From an uncultured Acidobacteriota bacterium (lineage in GTDB: Bacteria > Acidobacteriota > Polarisedimenticolia > JACPZX01): DNA of 64,000 nt. How positions within the stretch are numbered: position 1 is the first letter of the stretch; each line of letters starts with the position of its first letter. This document shows positions 20,983 through 43,403 of this stretch, one piece after another. The DNA is taken from contig CAZMRF010000003.1 of the NCBI GenBank assembly GCA_964568735.1, positions 36,454 to 100,453 of the forward strand, written 5' to 3'. The position numbers and the translations under genes were made by a program. Below the pieces are notes generated by a model, which saw only the letters and a list, made by a program, of their open reading frames with translations, was not told the origin of the DNA and did no database searches.

Positions 20983-22782
20983 TCAGGACGCGGAAGGCGC
21001 CTGATCCGGGTACTTGGCGATGATCGATTCGACGACCCGGCGCGACAGGCTGTGGTACGAGCGGCCCGCAACCTCGAAGATCTGCCGCGCGAGGTCCCGC
21101 GTTCGTGGATGCTTCCCCAGCGCCGTGTAGAGCGGCCTGATGTATTTCATCCGGCCGACGCGCGTCAGCACTTCCCGGATGCGCGGGAAGACCGGCTCGT
21201 AGTCCGAGGCGGCCGCGATCGTCAGCCACTCGACCAGGATCTCGTAGTTGCCCCGGCCCGTGAGCGACAGGTTCGCGTCGAGCCACTCGCAGGAGGCGCG
21301 GTCCACCGGCCTCTGGAGGCGTTGCAGGTAGATGAGGGTCTCGCTGGGGCTCCAGCCTGCAATCTGGCTCTTCGATGGCCGCGCCCCCGAGGGCCAACCC
21401 TCGGCCAGGTGCGTCAGGTCTTCCAGTGACTTCGACTGGAAGACCGGCGCGTTGGAGGGCATGCCCGGCTCGTGGAGCCACCGGCGGACCTCGGCCTGAG
21501 CCGACACACCGGGGATCTCGGCATCCAGGAAGGCGAGCCACTCCTCGGACGTGATGGAGGTGAAGCGGAAGCGGGCGATGTAGCGGCGCATGAAGCGGTC
21601 GAAGCGCTCGCGGCCGGCCGTCCTCTCGACCAGCGCCAGGAGCCGCGAGCCCTTCTCGTAGGGAATCGACGAGAAAGCGTCGTCCGGGTCCACTCCCTTC
21701 AGCTCCGTGCGGAGCCGCGTGAGGGGCGAGTCGGCGCCGAAGCGCTCCATCTCGCTGTCGAGGGCCTTCTGCCCGATGGCCCAGGAGAGCACCGCGGCCT
21801 CCGGGCCGTGCAGCGCCTCCTGTATCCGCCTCTCGGCCCAGACGGTCGACCCCTCGTTGAGCCAGAAGTGATCCATCGTGGCGTTGGTCACGATGTTGCC
21901 CGTCCAGGAGTGGGCCAGCTCGTGGGCGACCACGTCCACGAGCGACCGGTCACCCGCCAGGAGCGTCGGCGTCAGGAAGGTCATCCGGGGGTTCTCCATT
22001 CCGCCGTAGGGGAAGGACGGCGGGAGGACCAGCATGTCGAAGCGGTCCCACTCGTAGGGGCCGAAGAGGGCCTCCGCCTTGACGATCATCTCCTCGATGC
22101 CGGAGAACTCCCAGGCGGCGGCATCGACCGTCTCCGGCTCGGCCCAGACCCGCGAGCGCTTGCTGAGGTCCTTCGAGCGCAGGTTCCCGACCGCCAGCGC
22201 CACCAGGTACGAGGGGATCGCCTGCGGCATCTCGAAGAGAAAGGTGCTGGTCCCGGCCTTCGGCCCGGGCCGCTTCCCCGCCGGGCCCGCAGACATCACG
22301 GCCGCCAGCGGCTCCGGCACCGTGACCTCGGCCTGGTACGTCACGCGGACGGCCGGCGAGTCCTGGATGGGCACCATCGTCCGCGCGTGTATCGCCTGGC
22401 ACTGGCTGAAGAGGAAGGGATGCTTCTTCCCCTCGGTCTGTGCGGGGGTCAGCCACTGCAGAGCCACGGCCTCCGGGGAGGTCGTGTAGTCGAGGACCAC
22501 GGCGTCGGTGCTGGCCGGCAGGTGCAGCCTCAAACGGCGCCCGAAGATCGGCTCTTCGTCGCCGAGCTCGTGCGGCACCTCGGCGCCCGCTTTCGTCCGG
22601 ACGGATCGGATCGTCAATCCCTTGGTATCGAGATCCATCGTGCCGGCCGAAGGGGCGGCTAGATCGAGAACTGCGCGACCCTCCAGGACCCGCCGCTCGA
22701 AGTCCACGTCGAGCGTCAGGCGCAGGTGCTTCGTCCGGGGTTGATCCGTGTCGAAGTACGAGTGGGGGTCGAGGCAGGCCAT
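20983..22782 (-). CDS. M1-family aminopeptidase (LTA4H-like), cytosolic paralog of 16841..18808
   Basis: 599 aa, no signal peptide. HELAHSWTGNIVT...WLNEG zinc motif. Shares blocks 'LQWLTPAQTEGKKHPFLFSQCQAIHARTMVPIQDSP' with the secreted paralog. Confidence 0.85.
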   Translation of the reverse strand: MACLDPHSYFDTDQPRTKHLRLTLDVDFERRVLEGRAVLDLAAPSAGTMDLDTKGLTIRSVRTKAGAEVPHELGDEEPIFGRRLRLHLPASTDAVVLDYTTSPEAVALQWLTPAQTEGKKHPFLFSQCQAIHARTMVPIQDSPAVRVTYQAEVTVPEPLAAVMSAGPAGKRPGPKAGTSTFLFEMPQAIPSYLVALAVGNLRSKDLSKRSRVWAEPETVDAAAWEFSGIEEMIVKAEALFGPYEWDRFDMLVLPPSFPYGGMENPRMTFLTPTLLAGDRSLVDVVAHELAHSWTGNIVTNATMDHFWLNEGSTVWAERRIQEALHGPEAAVLSWAIGQKALDSEMERFGADSPLTRLRTELKGVDPDDAFSSIPYEKGSRLLALVERTAGRERFDRFMRRYIARFRFTSITSEEWLAFLDAEIPGVSAQAEVRRWLHEPGMPSNAPVFQSKSLEDLTHLAEGWPSGARPSKSQIAGWSPSETLIYLQRLQRPVDRASCEWLDANLSLTGRGNYEILVEWLTIAAASDYEPVFPRIREVLTRVGRMKYIRPLYTALGKHPRTRDLARQIFEVAGRSYHSLSRRVVESIIAKYPDQAPSAS

Positions 22783-22897
22783 GCTGTGATCCTCCCGGTC
22801 TCGGGCGTCGCGGGCGGGAGCGCGTCCTTTGTATCATCTGGCAGGGTCGGCGGTCCATCTCAGCAGGGGACACCTGGAGGATTTACAGGTCGGTGTG

Positions 22898-22914
22898 GAT
22901 TTTCCAGGAAAATC
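22898..22914. promoter_or_regulatory. Perfect 8-1-8 palindrome GATTTTCC-A-GGAAAATC in the AT-richer spacer upstream of the cytosolic M1 aminopeptidase; candidate operator
   Basis: Inverted repeat about 115 bp upstream of ATG 22782. Local GC drop (ggattttccaggaaaatcaacatgtcgttgtaaattatc). Confidence 0.3.
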
Positions 22915-22935
22915 AACATGTCGTTGTAAATTATC

Positions 22936-23682
22936 TCAGGGCTTCGGGGGCCTCAGCCGAAGGGCCCCCTCCACGTAGGGCAGGACCGTGCGGGCCAGGA
23001 CCCGGTGGCCCTCGGCCGTGGGGTGGATTCCGTCGGGGAGATTCCGCGACGGGTCGCCGGCCACGCCCTCGAGGAGGAAGGGGATGAGCGGGGCGCCTGC
23101 TTCGGCCGCGACGCGCGCGAAGAGAGCGTGGAACTCCTCGCCATACTCGGGGCCGTAGCTCGTCGGGACGCGCATCCCGGCGAGAACGATGTCCACGTCC
23201 GCGTCGAGGCAGCGGCGGACGATCTCGCGCAGGTTCCGCTCCACGAGATCCAGCGGGAGGCCTTGCAGGGCGTCGTTGGCTCCCAGCTCCGCGACGACGA
23301 GATCCGGCTTCTGGCGGAGAACCCACTCGAGGCGGCTCAATCCCCCTGCTGTCGTGTCGCCGCTCACGCCGGCGTTGACGATCCGGATTGGAAAGCCGCT
23401 GTCCCTCATCCCGGCCTCCACGAGGGCGGGGAAGGCCTCGTCGCCGCTCAGCCCGAAGCCCGCCGTGATGCTGTCGCCCAGGAAGACGACGAGGGGGAGA
23501 GCCTTCGCGAGGTCGCCGGGCTGCGCTGTGCCAACGTGCGACTCTTCGTCGGGCGGGATAGGCTGTTGAGCCTCCAGCGCGGGCGAGGCTGGCGATTCCG
23601 CGGATCCCGGCGGGAGTCCGGAGCCGCCGCAGGCCGCCGTCAACACGCACAGGGCGAGGATCAAAAGGAGGGAGTCGTTCAC
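22936..23682 (-). CDS. tesA: SGNH/GDSL hydrolase, TesA-like arylesterase/acyl-CoA thioesterase I, lipoprotein
   Basis: 'VVFLGDSITAGFG' GDS(L) block, 'GANDAL' and 'DGIHP' blocks. Likely GTG start 23680-23682 (VNDSLLLILALCVLTAACGG lipobox); the track ORF extends to 23805. Confidence 0.7.
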   Translation of the reverse strand: MNDSLLLILALCVLTAACGGSGLPPGSAESPASPALEAQQPIPPDEESHVGTAQPGDLAKALPLVVFLGDSITAGFGLSGDEAFPALVEAGMRDSGFPIRIVNAGVSGDTTAGGLSRLEWVLRQKPDLVVAELGANDALQGLPLDLVERNLREIVRRCLDADVDIVLAGMRVPTSYGPEYGEEFHALFARVAAEAGAPLIPFLLEGVAGDPSRNLPDGIHPTAEGHRVLARTVLPYVEGALRLRPPKP

Positions 23683-23797
23683 ACTTGGCCCTGCCGAACT
23701 GACTCTCCGCACCGCGCGAGAGCGGAGCAGGCCATGGAAAACTTCGGACCCAGGCCATTGGGCGGCACTCGCACTGCGGGGATGTGAATCAACCGAT

Positions 23798-24511
23798 ATG
23801 GGCATCGCCTACAGGATAGAGCTTCGGGGCCTCACGCGGCGCCTCCCCTCGGGCGGGCGCATGCTGACGATCCTCGACAGGCTCGACCTGGCCATCGCGC
23901 CCGGGGAGCTCGTCGCGATCCTGGGCCCATCGGGCAGCGGGAAGTCCACGCTCCTGGCGCTCATGGCGGGGCTCGACAGGCCGAGCGAGGGGGAGGTTCT
24001 CCTGGACGGCGAGCCCATCCACGACCTCTCCGAGGATGCGCTGGCGCTGCTGCGACGCCGCAAGGTGGGCTTCGTCTTCCAGTCCTTCCAGCTCCTGGGG
24101 AATCTCACCGCCCGCGAGAACATCCTCCTTCCCATGGAGCTTCTCGATCGTCCCGACGCGGATGCTCGCGCCGGCCTTCTCCTCGAGGAGGTCGGGCTGC
24201 CGGATCGCGGCCACCACTATCCCTCGCAGCTCTCGGGGGGCGAGCAGCAGCGCGTGGCGCTGGCGCGCGCCTTCGCGGCGGAGCCGTCGATCCTCCTGGC
24301 CGACGAGCCCACGGGCAATCTCGACACCGCCACCGGGCGGAGCGTGCTGGAGATCCTGTGGCGTCTCCGCGGGGAGCGGGGAACGACGCTCGTCCTCGTG
24401 ACGCATGACGCCGCCGTCGCGGAGCGGGCCGGCCGCCTGGTCCACCTGCGCGACGGGCGGATCGAGCGTGACGAGCGGCGACAGGGGGCGGAGGCAGGTG
24501 TCACAGCGTGA
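23798..24511 (+). CDS. ybbA: ABC transporter ATP-binding protein (LolD/YbbA family)
   Basis: Walker A GPSGSGKST, signature LSGGEQQRVALARA, Walker B ILLADEPTGNLD, H-loop. Divergent from tesA, as in E. coli tesA-ybbA-ybbP. Confidence 0.85.
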   Translation: MGIAYRIELRGLTRRLPSGGRMLTILDRLDLAIAPGELVAILGPSGSGKSTLLALMAGLDRPSEGEVLLDGEPIHDLSEDALALLRRRKVGFVFQSFQLLGNLTARENILLPMELLDRPDADARAGLLLEEVGLPDRGHHYPSQLSGGEQQRVALARAFAAEPSILLADEPTGNLDTATGRSVLEILWRLRGERGTTLVLVTHDAAVAERAGRLVHLRDGRIERDERRQGAEAGVTA

Positions 24512-24608
24512 CGGTCTCCCGACCGAGTGGCACGCCCCCGGTGCGAAGTGAGTGACTCGAAGCCGATGATGGCTCCTGGAAGAACGAGGTGACAGGGAGC
24601 GCATTTTC

Positions 24609-27146
24609 GTGAAGTCTGCGCTCTACGCCCGCCTGATGATACGGGAGTCCCGTGGATCGGGCGGACGTCTGGCCTTCTTCGTGGTCTGCCTTGCGGCCGG
24701 CGTGGCTGCGGTCGTGTCCGTGGCGGGCCTCGCCTCCGCCGTGGACGAGGGGATCCGCTCGAAGGCCCGCGAGCTCCTGGCGGCCGACATCTCCGTCGAG
24801 GGGATGCGGCCGCTGCCGCCCGAGATGGACCGCGCGATGGAGTCCCTGCCCGGCTCGCGGCGGACCGATGTCCGCGAGTTCGCCACGATCGTCGCTTCGG
24901 CTGGCGGCCTCTCCCCGGGCACCAGCCATCTGGCACGGCTCAAGGTCGTCGAGGGGGACTATCCCTTCTATGGAGTCCTCGAGACGACGCCCGCCGGGCC
25001 TCTGGATCAGCTTCTGCGCGACGACAGCGCGGTCGTCGCGGAGGAGCTGCTGGGCTCCCTGGGGCTGAAGGCGGGAGAGCCCATCCGCATCGGCGGTGAG
25101 ACCTTCACGGTCGCGGCATCGCTCCAGAAGGAGCCCGATCGGCTCGACCTGGGGTTCTCCTCCCTGGCCCCACGCGTCTTCATCTCACCGGGCGGGCTCG
25201 CCCGGACGGGGCTCGAAGCGCGCGGCAGCCGGATCCTCTACCGGGCCCTCGTCAAGCTCGCGCCCGGCTCGGGCGCGGAGGAGGTCCGCAAAGCCGCCGA
25301 GACGATCCGCTCCACTCTTCCGGACTCCGCGCACCTCGACATCGAGACCTACGCCGAGGCGCAGCCATCGCTCCGGACCGGACTGAAGCGCGCCGAGCGC
25401 TTCATGGGCCTCGTCGCTCTCCTCTCCCTTCTCATCGGCGGCATCGGTGTGGGACAGACGGTGCGCGCGTGGCTTGCGGGACGGGTCAACACGCTCGCGA
25501 TCATGGGTTGCCTCGGCGTGAGGCCGCGGGAAGTGATGGCGCTCTACATGGGGCAGACGGCGCTGCTGGGACTCGCCGGCAGCCTCACCGGAGCGGCGGT
25601 GGGCACCGTCCTCCTCGCCACGGCGCCCTTCTTCCTCGCAGGCATCGTACCCGTCGAGGTGATCCGCACGTGGCAACCCATGGCGCTCGTTCGCGGCGTC
25701 GTCCTGGGCGTGGGCGTCGCCACGCTCTTCAGCCTCCCATCGCTCCTGTCGATCCGGCGCGTGCCCCCGGTCCGCGTCTTCCGAGCCGACGCCGAAGCGC
25801 TGGGGGCGTCGTGGCTCCTCCGAGCCGCGACCGGCGCCGCCCTGGCGGCGGGCATCTTCATGACGGCGATCGTCCAGTCCGGATCGGCGGTGGTCGCGGC
25901 CTGGTTCACGATCGGGCTCCTGGCCGCCGCGGGCCTTCTCGCGCTCGCGGCATGGCTGATCACCCGCGCCGTCGCGCGCTTCCCGCGGAAGCGCGGGGGG
26001 GTCTGGCTCCGCCACGGACTTGCGGCGCTGGGGAGGCCCGGGGCCGGAACCGTCAGCGCGGTCGTCGCCCTTGGCGTCGGCGTGGTCGTCGTCCTGGGCA
26101 TGTACCTGATCGAGACGCGCCTCGGCGACGAGCTGGAAGCCGATCTCCCCGATGATGCTCCCAGCGCCTTCGTGATCAACATCCAGCCCGACCAGTGGAA
26201 GGAAGTCCGCGCTTTCTTCGAAGGCGAGGGGGCGCTCCGGGTGGACTCGGTCCCGCTCGTCAACGCGCGTATCGTCTCCGTCGACGGCACGCCCATCTCC
26301 GATCTGCTCGGCCAGGAGTCGGACAGGCAGCGGCGCCGCAGGGTCCTCACGCGCGAGCAGCGTCTCACCTGGATGGAGACCCTCCCCGAGGGAAACGAGA
26401 TCGTCGAGGGGAAGCTGTGGAGCGAGCCCGATCTCCCGGAGGTCAGCATCGAGCGCGACTTCGCCGACGACATGGGAGCGAAGCTGGGCTCCCGCGTGGT
26501 CGTGGACGTTCAGGGAGTTCCCCTGGAGCTGGCCGTCACGAGCATCAGGACGGTGAAGTGGGAGACCTTCGGGATCAACTTCTTCCTCGTCGTGGAGCCG
26601 GGCGTCCTCGACAGCGCGCCCCATTCCCACCTGGCCTCCGTCCGCCTCCCCGAGAAGTCCGGGCAGGCGGTCCAGGACCGCATGGCAGCGCGTTTTCCCA
26701 ACCTCACGATGATCCCGATCCGCGATGTCCTCGACCGGATCGTCGCGATCCTCCACCAGGCCGGCCTCGGCATCAGGATCCTCGGCAGCTTCACCGTGGT
26801 CACAGGGGTCTTCATTCTGGGGGGCGCCGTCAGCGCGGGCTCCGTCCGCCGCGGGCGCGAGGTGGCTCTCATGAAGACGCTGGGGATGACGCGCGGGGGA
26901 GTGGTCGCCGTCTACTCGGTGGAATACGCGCTCATCGGTCTGATATCTGGAGTGATCGGCATCTTTGGCGCGGGCATCCTGGCCTGGGCCGTCCTCGATC
27001 GCTGGATGGAGATTCCGGCCGGCTTCGGCGCCGCGCCCTTCGCCGCTGCCGTGGCTGCCACGGTCCTCCTCGTCGTCGGCGCGGGGCTCGCCGCCAGCCT
27101 CAGCGCGCTGCGCCGCCGTCCGGTGGAGGTGCTCAGGGCCGAGTAG
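24609..27146 (+). CDS. ybbP: ABC transporter permease with two FtsX-like domains (YbbP family)
   Basis: 845 aa. GTG start. Two periplasmic domains, each followed by 4 TMs of the FtsX/MacB type. Confidence 0.85.
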   Translation: MKSALYARLMIRESRGSGGRLAFFVVCLAAGVAAVVSVAGLASAVDEGIRSKARELLAADISVEGMRPLPPEMDRAMESLPGSRRTDVREFATIVASAGGLSPGTSHLARLKVVEGDYPFYGVLETTPAGPLDQLLRDDSAVVAEELLGSLGLKAGEPIRIGGETFTVAASLQKEPDRLDLGFSSLAPRVFISPGGLARTGLEARGSRILYRALVKLAPGSGAEEVRKAAETIRSTLPDSAHLDIETYAEAQPSLRTGLKRAERFMGLVALLSLLIGGIGVGQTVRAWLAGRVNTLAIMGCLGVRPREVMALYMGQTALLGLAGSLTGAAVGTVLLATAPFFLAGIVPVEVIRTWQPMALVRGVVLGVGVATLFSLPSLLSIRRVPPVRVFRADAEALGASWLLRAATGAALAAGIFMTAIVQSGSAVVAAWFTIGLLAAAGLLALAAWLITRAVARFPRKRGGVWLRHGLAALGRPGAGTVSAVVALGVGVVVVLGMYLIETRLGDELEADLPDDAPSAFVINIQPDQWKEVRAFFEGEGALRVDSVPLVNARIVSVDGTPISDLLGQESDRQRRRRVLTREQRLTWMETLPEGNEIVEGKLWSEPDLPEVSIERDFADDMGAKLGSRVVVDVQGVPLELAVTSIRTVKWETFGINFFLVVEPGVLDSAPHSHLASVRLPEKSGQAVQDRMAARFPNLTMIPIRDVLDRIVAILHQAGLGIRILGSFTVVTGVFILGGAVSAGSVRRGREVALMKTLGMTRGGVVAVYSVEYALIGLISGVIGIFGAGILAWAVLDRWMEIPAGFGAAPFAAAVAATVLLVVGAGLAASLSALRRRPVEVLRAE

Positions 27147-27208
27147 CCCTGCGGCCCCGTCATCTGCGTTCGGCTCGAGAGGCGGCGCGGTTGCGATGCT
27201 GGTTCATC

Positions 27209-40111
<12,903 letters not shown>

Positions 40112-40206
40112 GTGCGGGACCTCCATGGCCGGTCGCTGAGCCCAGGCGCGAGTGCGAGGCATCGCTCCCGTTGTGGGCCCGGCATGCGGAGCGTGGTGCA
40201 AGCCGG

Positions 40207-40233
40207 ATTGTACGACCAAATGAATGCGCTCAA
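40207..40233 (-). promoter_or_regulatory. Weak candidate sigma70 promoter for the giant gene (-35 TTGAGC, 15-nt spacer, -10 TACAAT)
   Basis: Minus-strand 'TTGAGCgcattcatttggtcgTACAATcc' in an AT-richer stretch about 100 nt upstream of ATG 40111. Spacer is short. Confidence 0.2.
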
Positions 40234-40485
40234 TCCAAAAAATTCACCCGGTCGGATTGAATCGGAACATCCTGATCCCTTCTGGAAGCGCCCGTACCCC
40301 GCTCCCTCTGGCCGGGACTGTCCGAGGGGTCCGGCCGCCCCGTGGTCATCCCACCGGGGGGGCTGGCCTGATCTTGGCTCGGCTTGCTTTGAGAGCGCCG
40401 CGCCGCCGGATGCGAGGGGACGCCACGAAGTCAGTCCTGCTGCTCGTGCGGGGGCGGCGGCGATGCGGGCGGTGGCGAACCGGCG

Positions 40486-41370
40486 CTACGTCTGGACGAG
40501 CATCTCCGTCCAGGCGGCGCCGGGGGGCTCGTAGTTGAGGACGACGACCTCCTGGATCGTGCCGCGCCTCTCCGCTTTGGAGTTGATGGCGCGTCGCGCC
40601 GCCACTCCGCAGATCCGGAATCTCCGGTAGAGCCTGCGGATGAAGGGCGTGTCGCTGTTGCTGAGCATCACGCGGCATCCCCGGCGGGCCAGCTTCGTGT
40701 AGACCTCCGCGAGCTCCCTCTGGTCGTCCTCGTCGAAGCCTGCGCGGCCGTCGCGCGCCGCGTAGGAAGTGAAGCTCGACGTCTCCGAGATCGGCTGGTA
40801 GGGAGGATCGAAGTAGACGAAGTCGCCCTTGCGGGCGATGTCGAGCGTCTTGCGGAAGTGCGCCACGTTCAGCTTCACGCCTTTGAGCGCCGCCGCGGCC
40901 GCCTTGAGGTTCTGCTTGTCGAGGATCTTCGGGTTGTCGTAGGCCCCCATCGGGACGTTGAAGCGCCCGTGGCGGTTGACCCTGTAGAGCCCGTTGAAGC
41001 AGGTCTTGTTCAGGTAGACGAGCCGCGCGGCCGCGGGCCCCGGCTCGAGGAGAGAGGGGTCCTGGTCGCGGACCTCGTAGTAGTGCTTCTCCGAATGGCG
41101 CCGCTGGTGGGCCGCCAGGAGCGTGATGAGGCCCTGCACGTCCTCGCGCACGCATCGGTAGACGTTGATCAGGTCTTCGTTGCCGTCGGCGAGGATCACT
41201 TGACGGGGCTGGAAGCGCCCTCGAACGTGGAAGAAGACGGCACCGCTCCCGACGAAGGGCTCGATGTAGCGGCTGAAGCTCCCCGCGGCCGGGTAGAGAA
41301 GGACGAACCTGTCGAGAAGCTGGGTCTTGCCGCCGGCCCACTTGAGGAAGGGGCGGGGAAGGGGATCGTC
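40486..41370 (-). CDS. dam: Dam-family (D12 class, alpha-group) DNA N6-adenine methyltransferase; 5' end unresolved, possibly frameshifted or non-canonical start
   Basis: DPPY catalytic motif ('VYFDPPYQP'). N-terminal AdoMet motif 'FLKWAGGKTQLL' encoded at about 41338-41370 in the same open frame. That frame is open up to a stop at 41488-41490, but contains no ATG/GTG/TTG upstream of the motif. The first canonical start (GTG 41197-41199) lies downstream of the motif. Confidence 0.65.
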   Translation of the reverse strand, partial: DDPLPRPFLKWAGGKTQLLDRFVLLYPAAGSFSRYIEPFVGSGAVFFHVRGRFQPRQVILADGNEDLINVYRCVREDVQGLITLLAAHQRRHSEKHYYEVRDQDPSLLEPGPAAARLVYLNKTCFNGLYRVNRHGRFNVPMGAYDNPKILDKQNLKAAAAALKGVKLNVAHFRKTLDIARKGDFVYFDPPYQPISETSSFTSYAARDGRAGFDEDDQRELAEVYTKLARRGCRVMLSNSDTPFIRRLYRRFRICGVAARRAINSKAERRGTIQEVVVLNYEPPGAAWTEMLVQT

Positions 41371-41501
41371 TCTGTAGTCGGCGGGAAGATTCCGAGCGAC
41401 GCTGCGGCTCAGGCTGACAAACCTCCGTGGCGCACACCATTGTAGCGCGAAGCTGTTCCGATTTGAAGGAAATTCACACCTGATGCCCTATACTCACGTC
41501 C

Positions 41502-43340
41502 GTGCGAAAACCCTTCCGCGAGATCCTGAAAGACACCATCGTCGTCTTCGACGGAGCGATGGGCACCGAGCTGTATGCTCGCGGTGTCTTCATCAACAAG
41601 TGCTACGACGAGCTGAACCTCTCCAACCCCAGGCTCGTCTCCGACGTCCACCGCGACTACAGGAAGGCCGGTGCCGACGTCCTCGAGACCAACACCTTCG
41701 GGGCCAACCGCTTCAAGCTGGGCGGGCACGGCTTCGGCGAGAAGACCGCCGAGATCAACAAGGCTGGAGCCCGGATCGCCAGGGAGATCGCCGGGGAAGA
41801 CCTCTACGTGGCCGGCTCCGTCGGCCCCCTGGGGCTCAAGATCGAGCCGTGGGGGCCGACGTCGATCCAGGAGGCGAGGGCGGCCTTCTCTGAGCAGGTC
41901 CAGGCGCTGGTCGAAGGCGGTGTGGACCTGATCTCGATCGAGACGATCTCGGATCTCAGCGAGATGCACCAGGCGATCCTCGCCGTCCAGGATCACTGCG
42001 ACCTGCCCATCGTGGCGCAGATGACGGTGGACGAGGACGGCCTGAGCCTCTACGGAACGGAGCCCGAGGTCTTCACCGCGAGGATCGACGAGTGGGGTGC
42101 CGACATGATCGGCGTCAACTGCTCGGTGGGGCCGCACGCGATCCTGGGCGCCCTCGAGCGGGTCGCGCGAGCCACCGAGAAGCCGCTCATCGTCCAGCCC
42201 AACGCAGGGACGCCGCGCAACGTCGACGGCCGCAACATCTACCTGTGCTCGCCCGAGTACATGGGCAGCTACGCCCGCCGCTTCATCCTCGCGGGAGCCA
42301 AGGCGGTCGGAGGCTGCTGCGGGACGACCCCCGATCACATCCGGCACATCGTGAAGTCGGTCCGGATGTTGCGGCCGGCGCAGCGCCACGTCGCCATCTT
42401 CGTGCCCAAGGACGAGAGCCAGGGCGTCGAGCCGGTGGTCCTGCGCGAGAAGTCGAACCTCGCCCGCAAGATCGTCGATGGCGAGTTCGTCACCTCCGTG
42501 GAGCTGCTCCCACCGAAGGGCATCTCGTCGGCCAAGGTCCTCGAGGCGGGCTGCCTCCTCAAGCAGAAGGGCGTCGACGCCGTCAACATCCCCGACGGCG
42601 CGCGCGCCACCGCCCGGATGGGCGCGATGTTCCTTGCGCTCCAGATGGTGCGCGAGGCCGGGATCGAGCCGATCCTCCACTACTGCTGCCGCGACCGGAA
42701 CCTGATCGGGATGCAGGGCGATCTCCTCGGCCTCTACGCCAGCGGGCTGCGCAACATCCTGATCATCACCGGCGATCCCCCCAAGCTGGGAGACTACCCC
42801 GACGCGACGGCGGTCTTCGACGTGGATGCCATCGGGCTGACCAACATGGTCACGCGCCTCAACCACGGGCTCGACCTCGGGGGCACGCCCATCGGGAAGC
42901 CCACCGGGTACTTCGTGGGTGTCGGGGCCAACCCCGGCGCGATGGACATCGCCTACGAGCTGAAGCGCTTCCGCTACAAGGTCGAGGCCGGGGCGGAGTT
43001 CGCCGTCACCCAGCCCGTCTTCGACGTCGAGCAGATCAAGAGCTTCCTCGAGGCCGTGCGCGGCCACAGGATCCCGGTCATCGCCGGCATCTGGCCCCTG
43101 GCCTCCCTGCGCAACGCCGAGTTCATGCGCAACGAGGTCCCCGGCGTCGTCGTGCCCGACCACGTCATGGAACGGATGCGGAAGGCCGACGCCGAGGGGA
43201 AGGGAAAGGAGGAGGGCGGCCTCATCGCTCGAGAGACCCTCGAGGAGCTGAGGCCCCTGATCCAGGGAGTGCAGGTCTCCGCCCCCTTCGGGAAGGTCCA
43301 GGGCGCCCTCGACGTCCTCAAGGTCGTCGGGATCGGCTAG
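41502..43340 (+). CDS. Bifunctional homocysteine S-methyltransferase (MetH N-domain-like) / 5,10-methylenetetrahydrofolate reductase (MetF) fusion
   Basis: N-half 'VFDGAMGTELY...GADVLETNTFGAN...GVNCSVGP' (Hcy-binding pterin-like barrel, Zn Cys ligands in 'GGCCGTTP'). C-half 'SVELLPPKG...MVTRLNHGLDLGG...AVTQPVFD' of the MTHFR family. Confidence 0.85.
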   Translation: MRKPFREILKDTIVVFDGAMGTELYARGVFINKCYDELNLSNPRLVSDVHRDYRKAGADVLETNTFGANRFKLGGHGFGEKTAEINKAGARIAREIAGEDLYVAGSVGPLGLKIEPWGPTSIQEARAAFSEQVQALVEGGVDLISIETISDLSEMHQAILAVQDHCDLPIVAQMTVDEDGLSLYGTEPEVFTARIDEWGADMIGVNCSVGPHAILGALERVARATEKPLIVQPNAGTPRNVDGRNIYLCSPEYMGSYARRFILAGAKAVGGCCGTTPDHIRHIVKSVRMLRPAQRHVAIFVPKDESQGVEPVVLREKSNLARKIVDGEFVTSVELLPPKGISSAKVLEAGCLLKQKGVDAVNIPDGARATARMGAMFLALQMVREAGIEPILHYCCRDRNLIGMQGDLLGLYASGLRNILIITGDPPKLGDYPDATAVFDVDAIGLTNMVTRLNHGLDLGGTPIGKPTGYFVGVGANPGAMDIAYELKRFRYKVEAGAEFAVTQPVFDVEQIKSFLEAVRGHRIPVIAGIWPLASLRNAEFMRNEVPGVVVPDHVMERMRKADAEGKGKEEGGLIARETLEELRPLIQGVQVSAPFGKVQGALDVLKVVGIG

Positions 43341-43403
43341 GCCGGAGACGGGGATTCCGATCCGGCCAGAGGCGCCGTGCGTCTCCTCTCGTTCCACTCC
43401 CCC

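Noticed and set aside
22944-22970. GC-rich hairpin (GGGGGCC...GGCCCCC) near the tesA 3' end that looked like a terminator
   Set aside because: It lies inside the tesA coding sequence (encodes ...LRLRPPKP*) on the coding strand and lacks a U-tract.
27136-27156. 6-bp stem hairpin overlapping the ftsX-like stop codon between the convergent ybbP and giant genes
   Set aside because: Short stem, no U-tract on either strand. Too weak to call as a bidirectional terminator.
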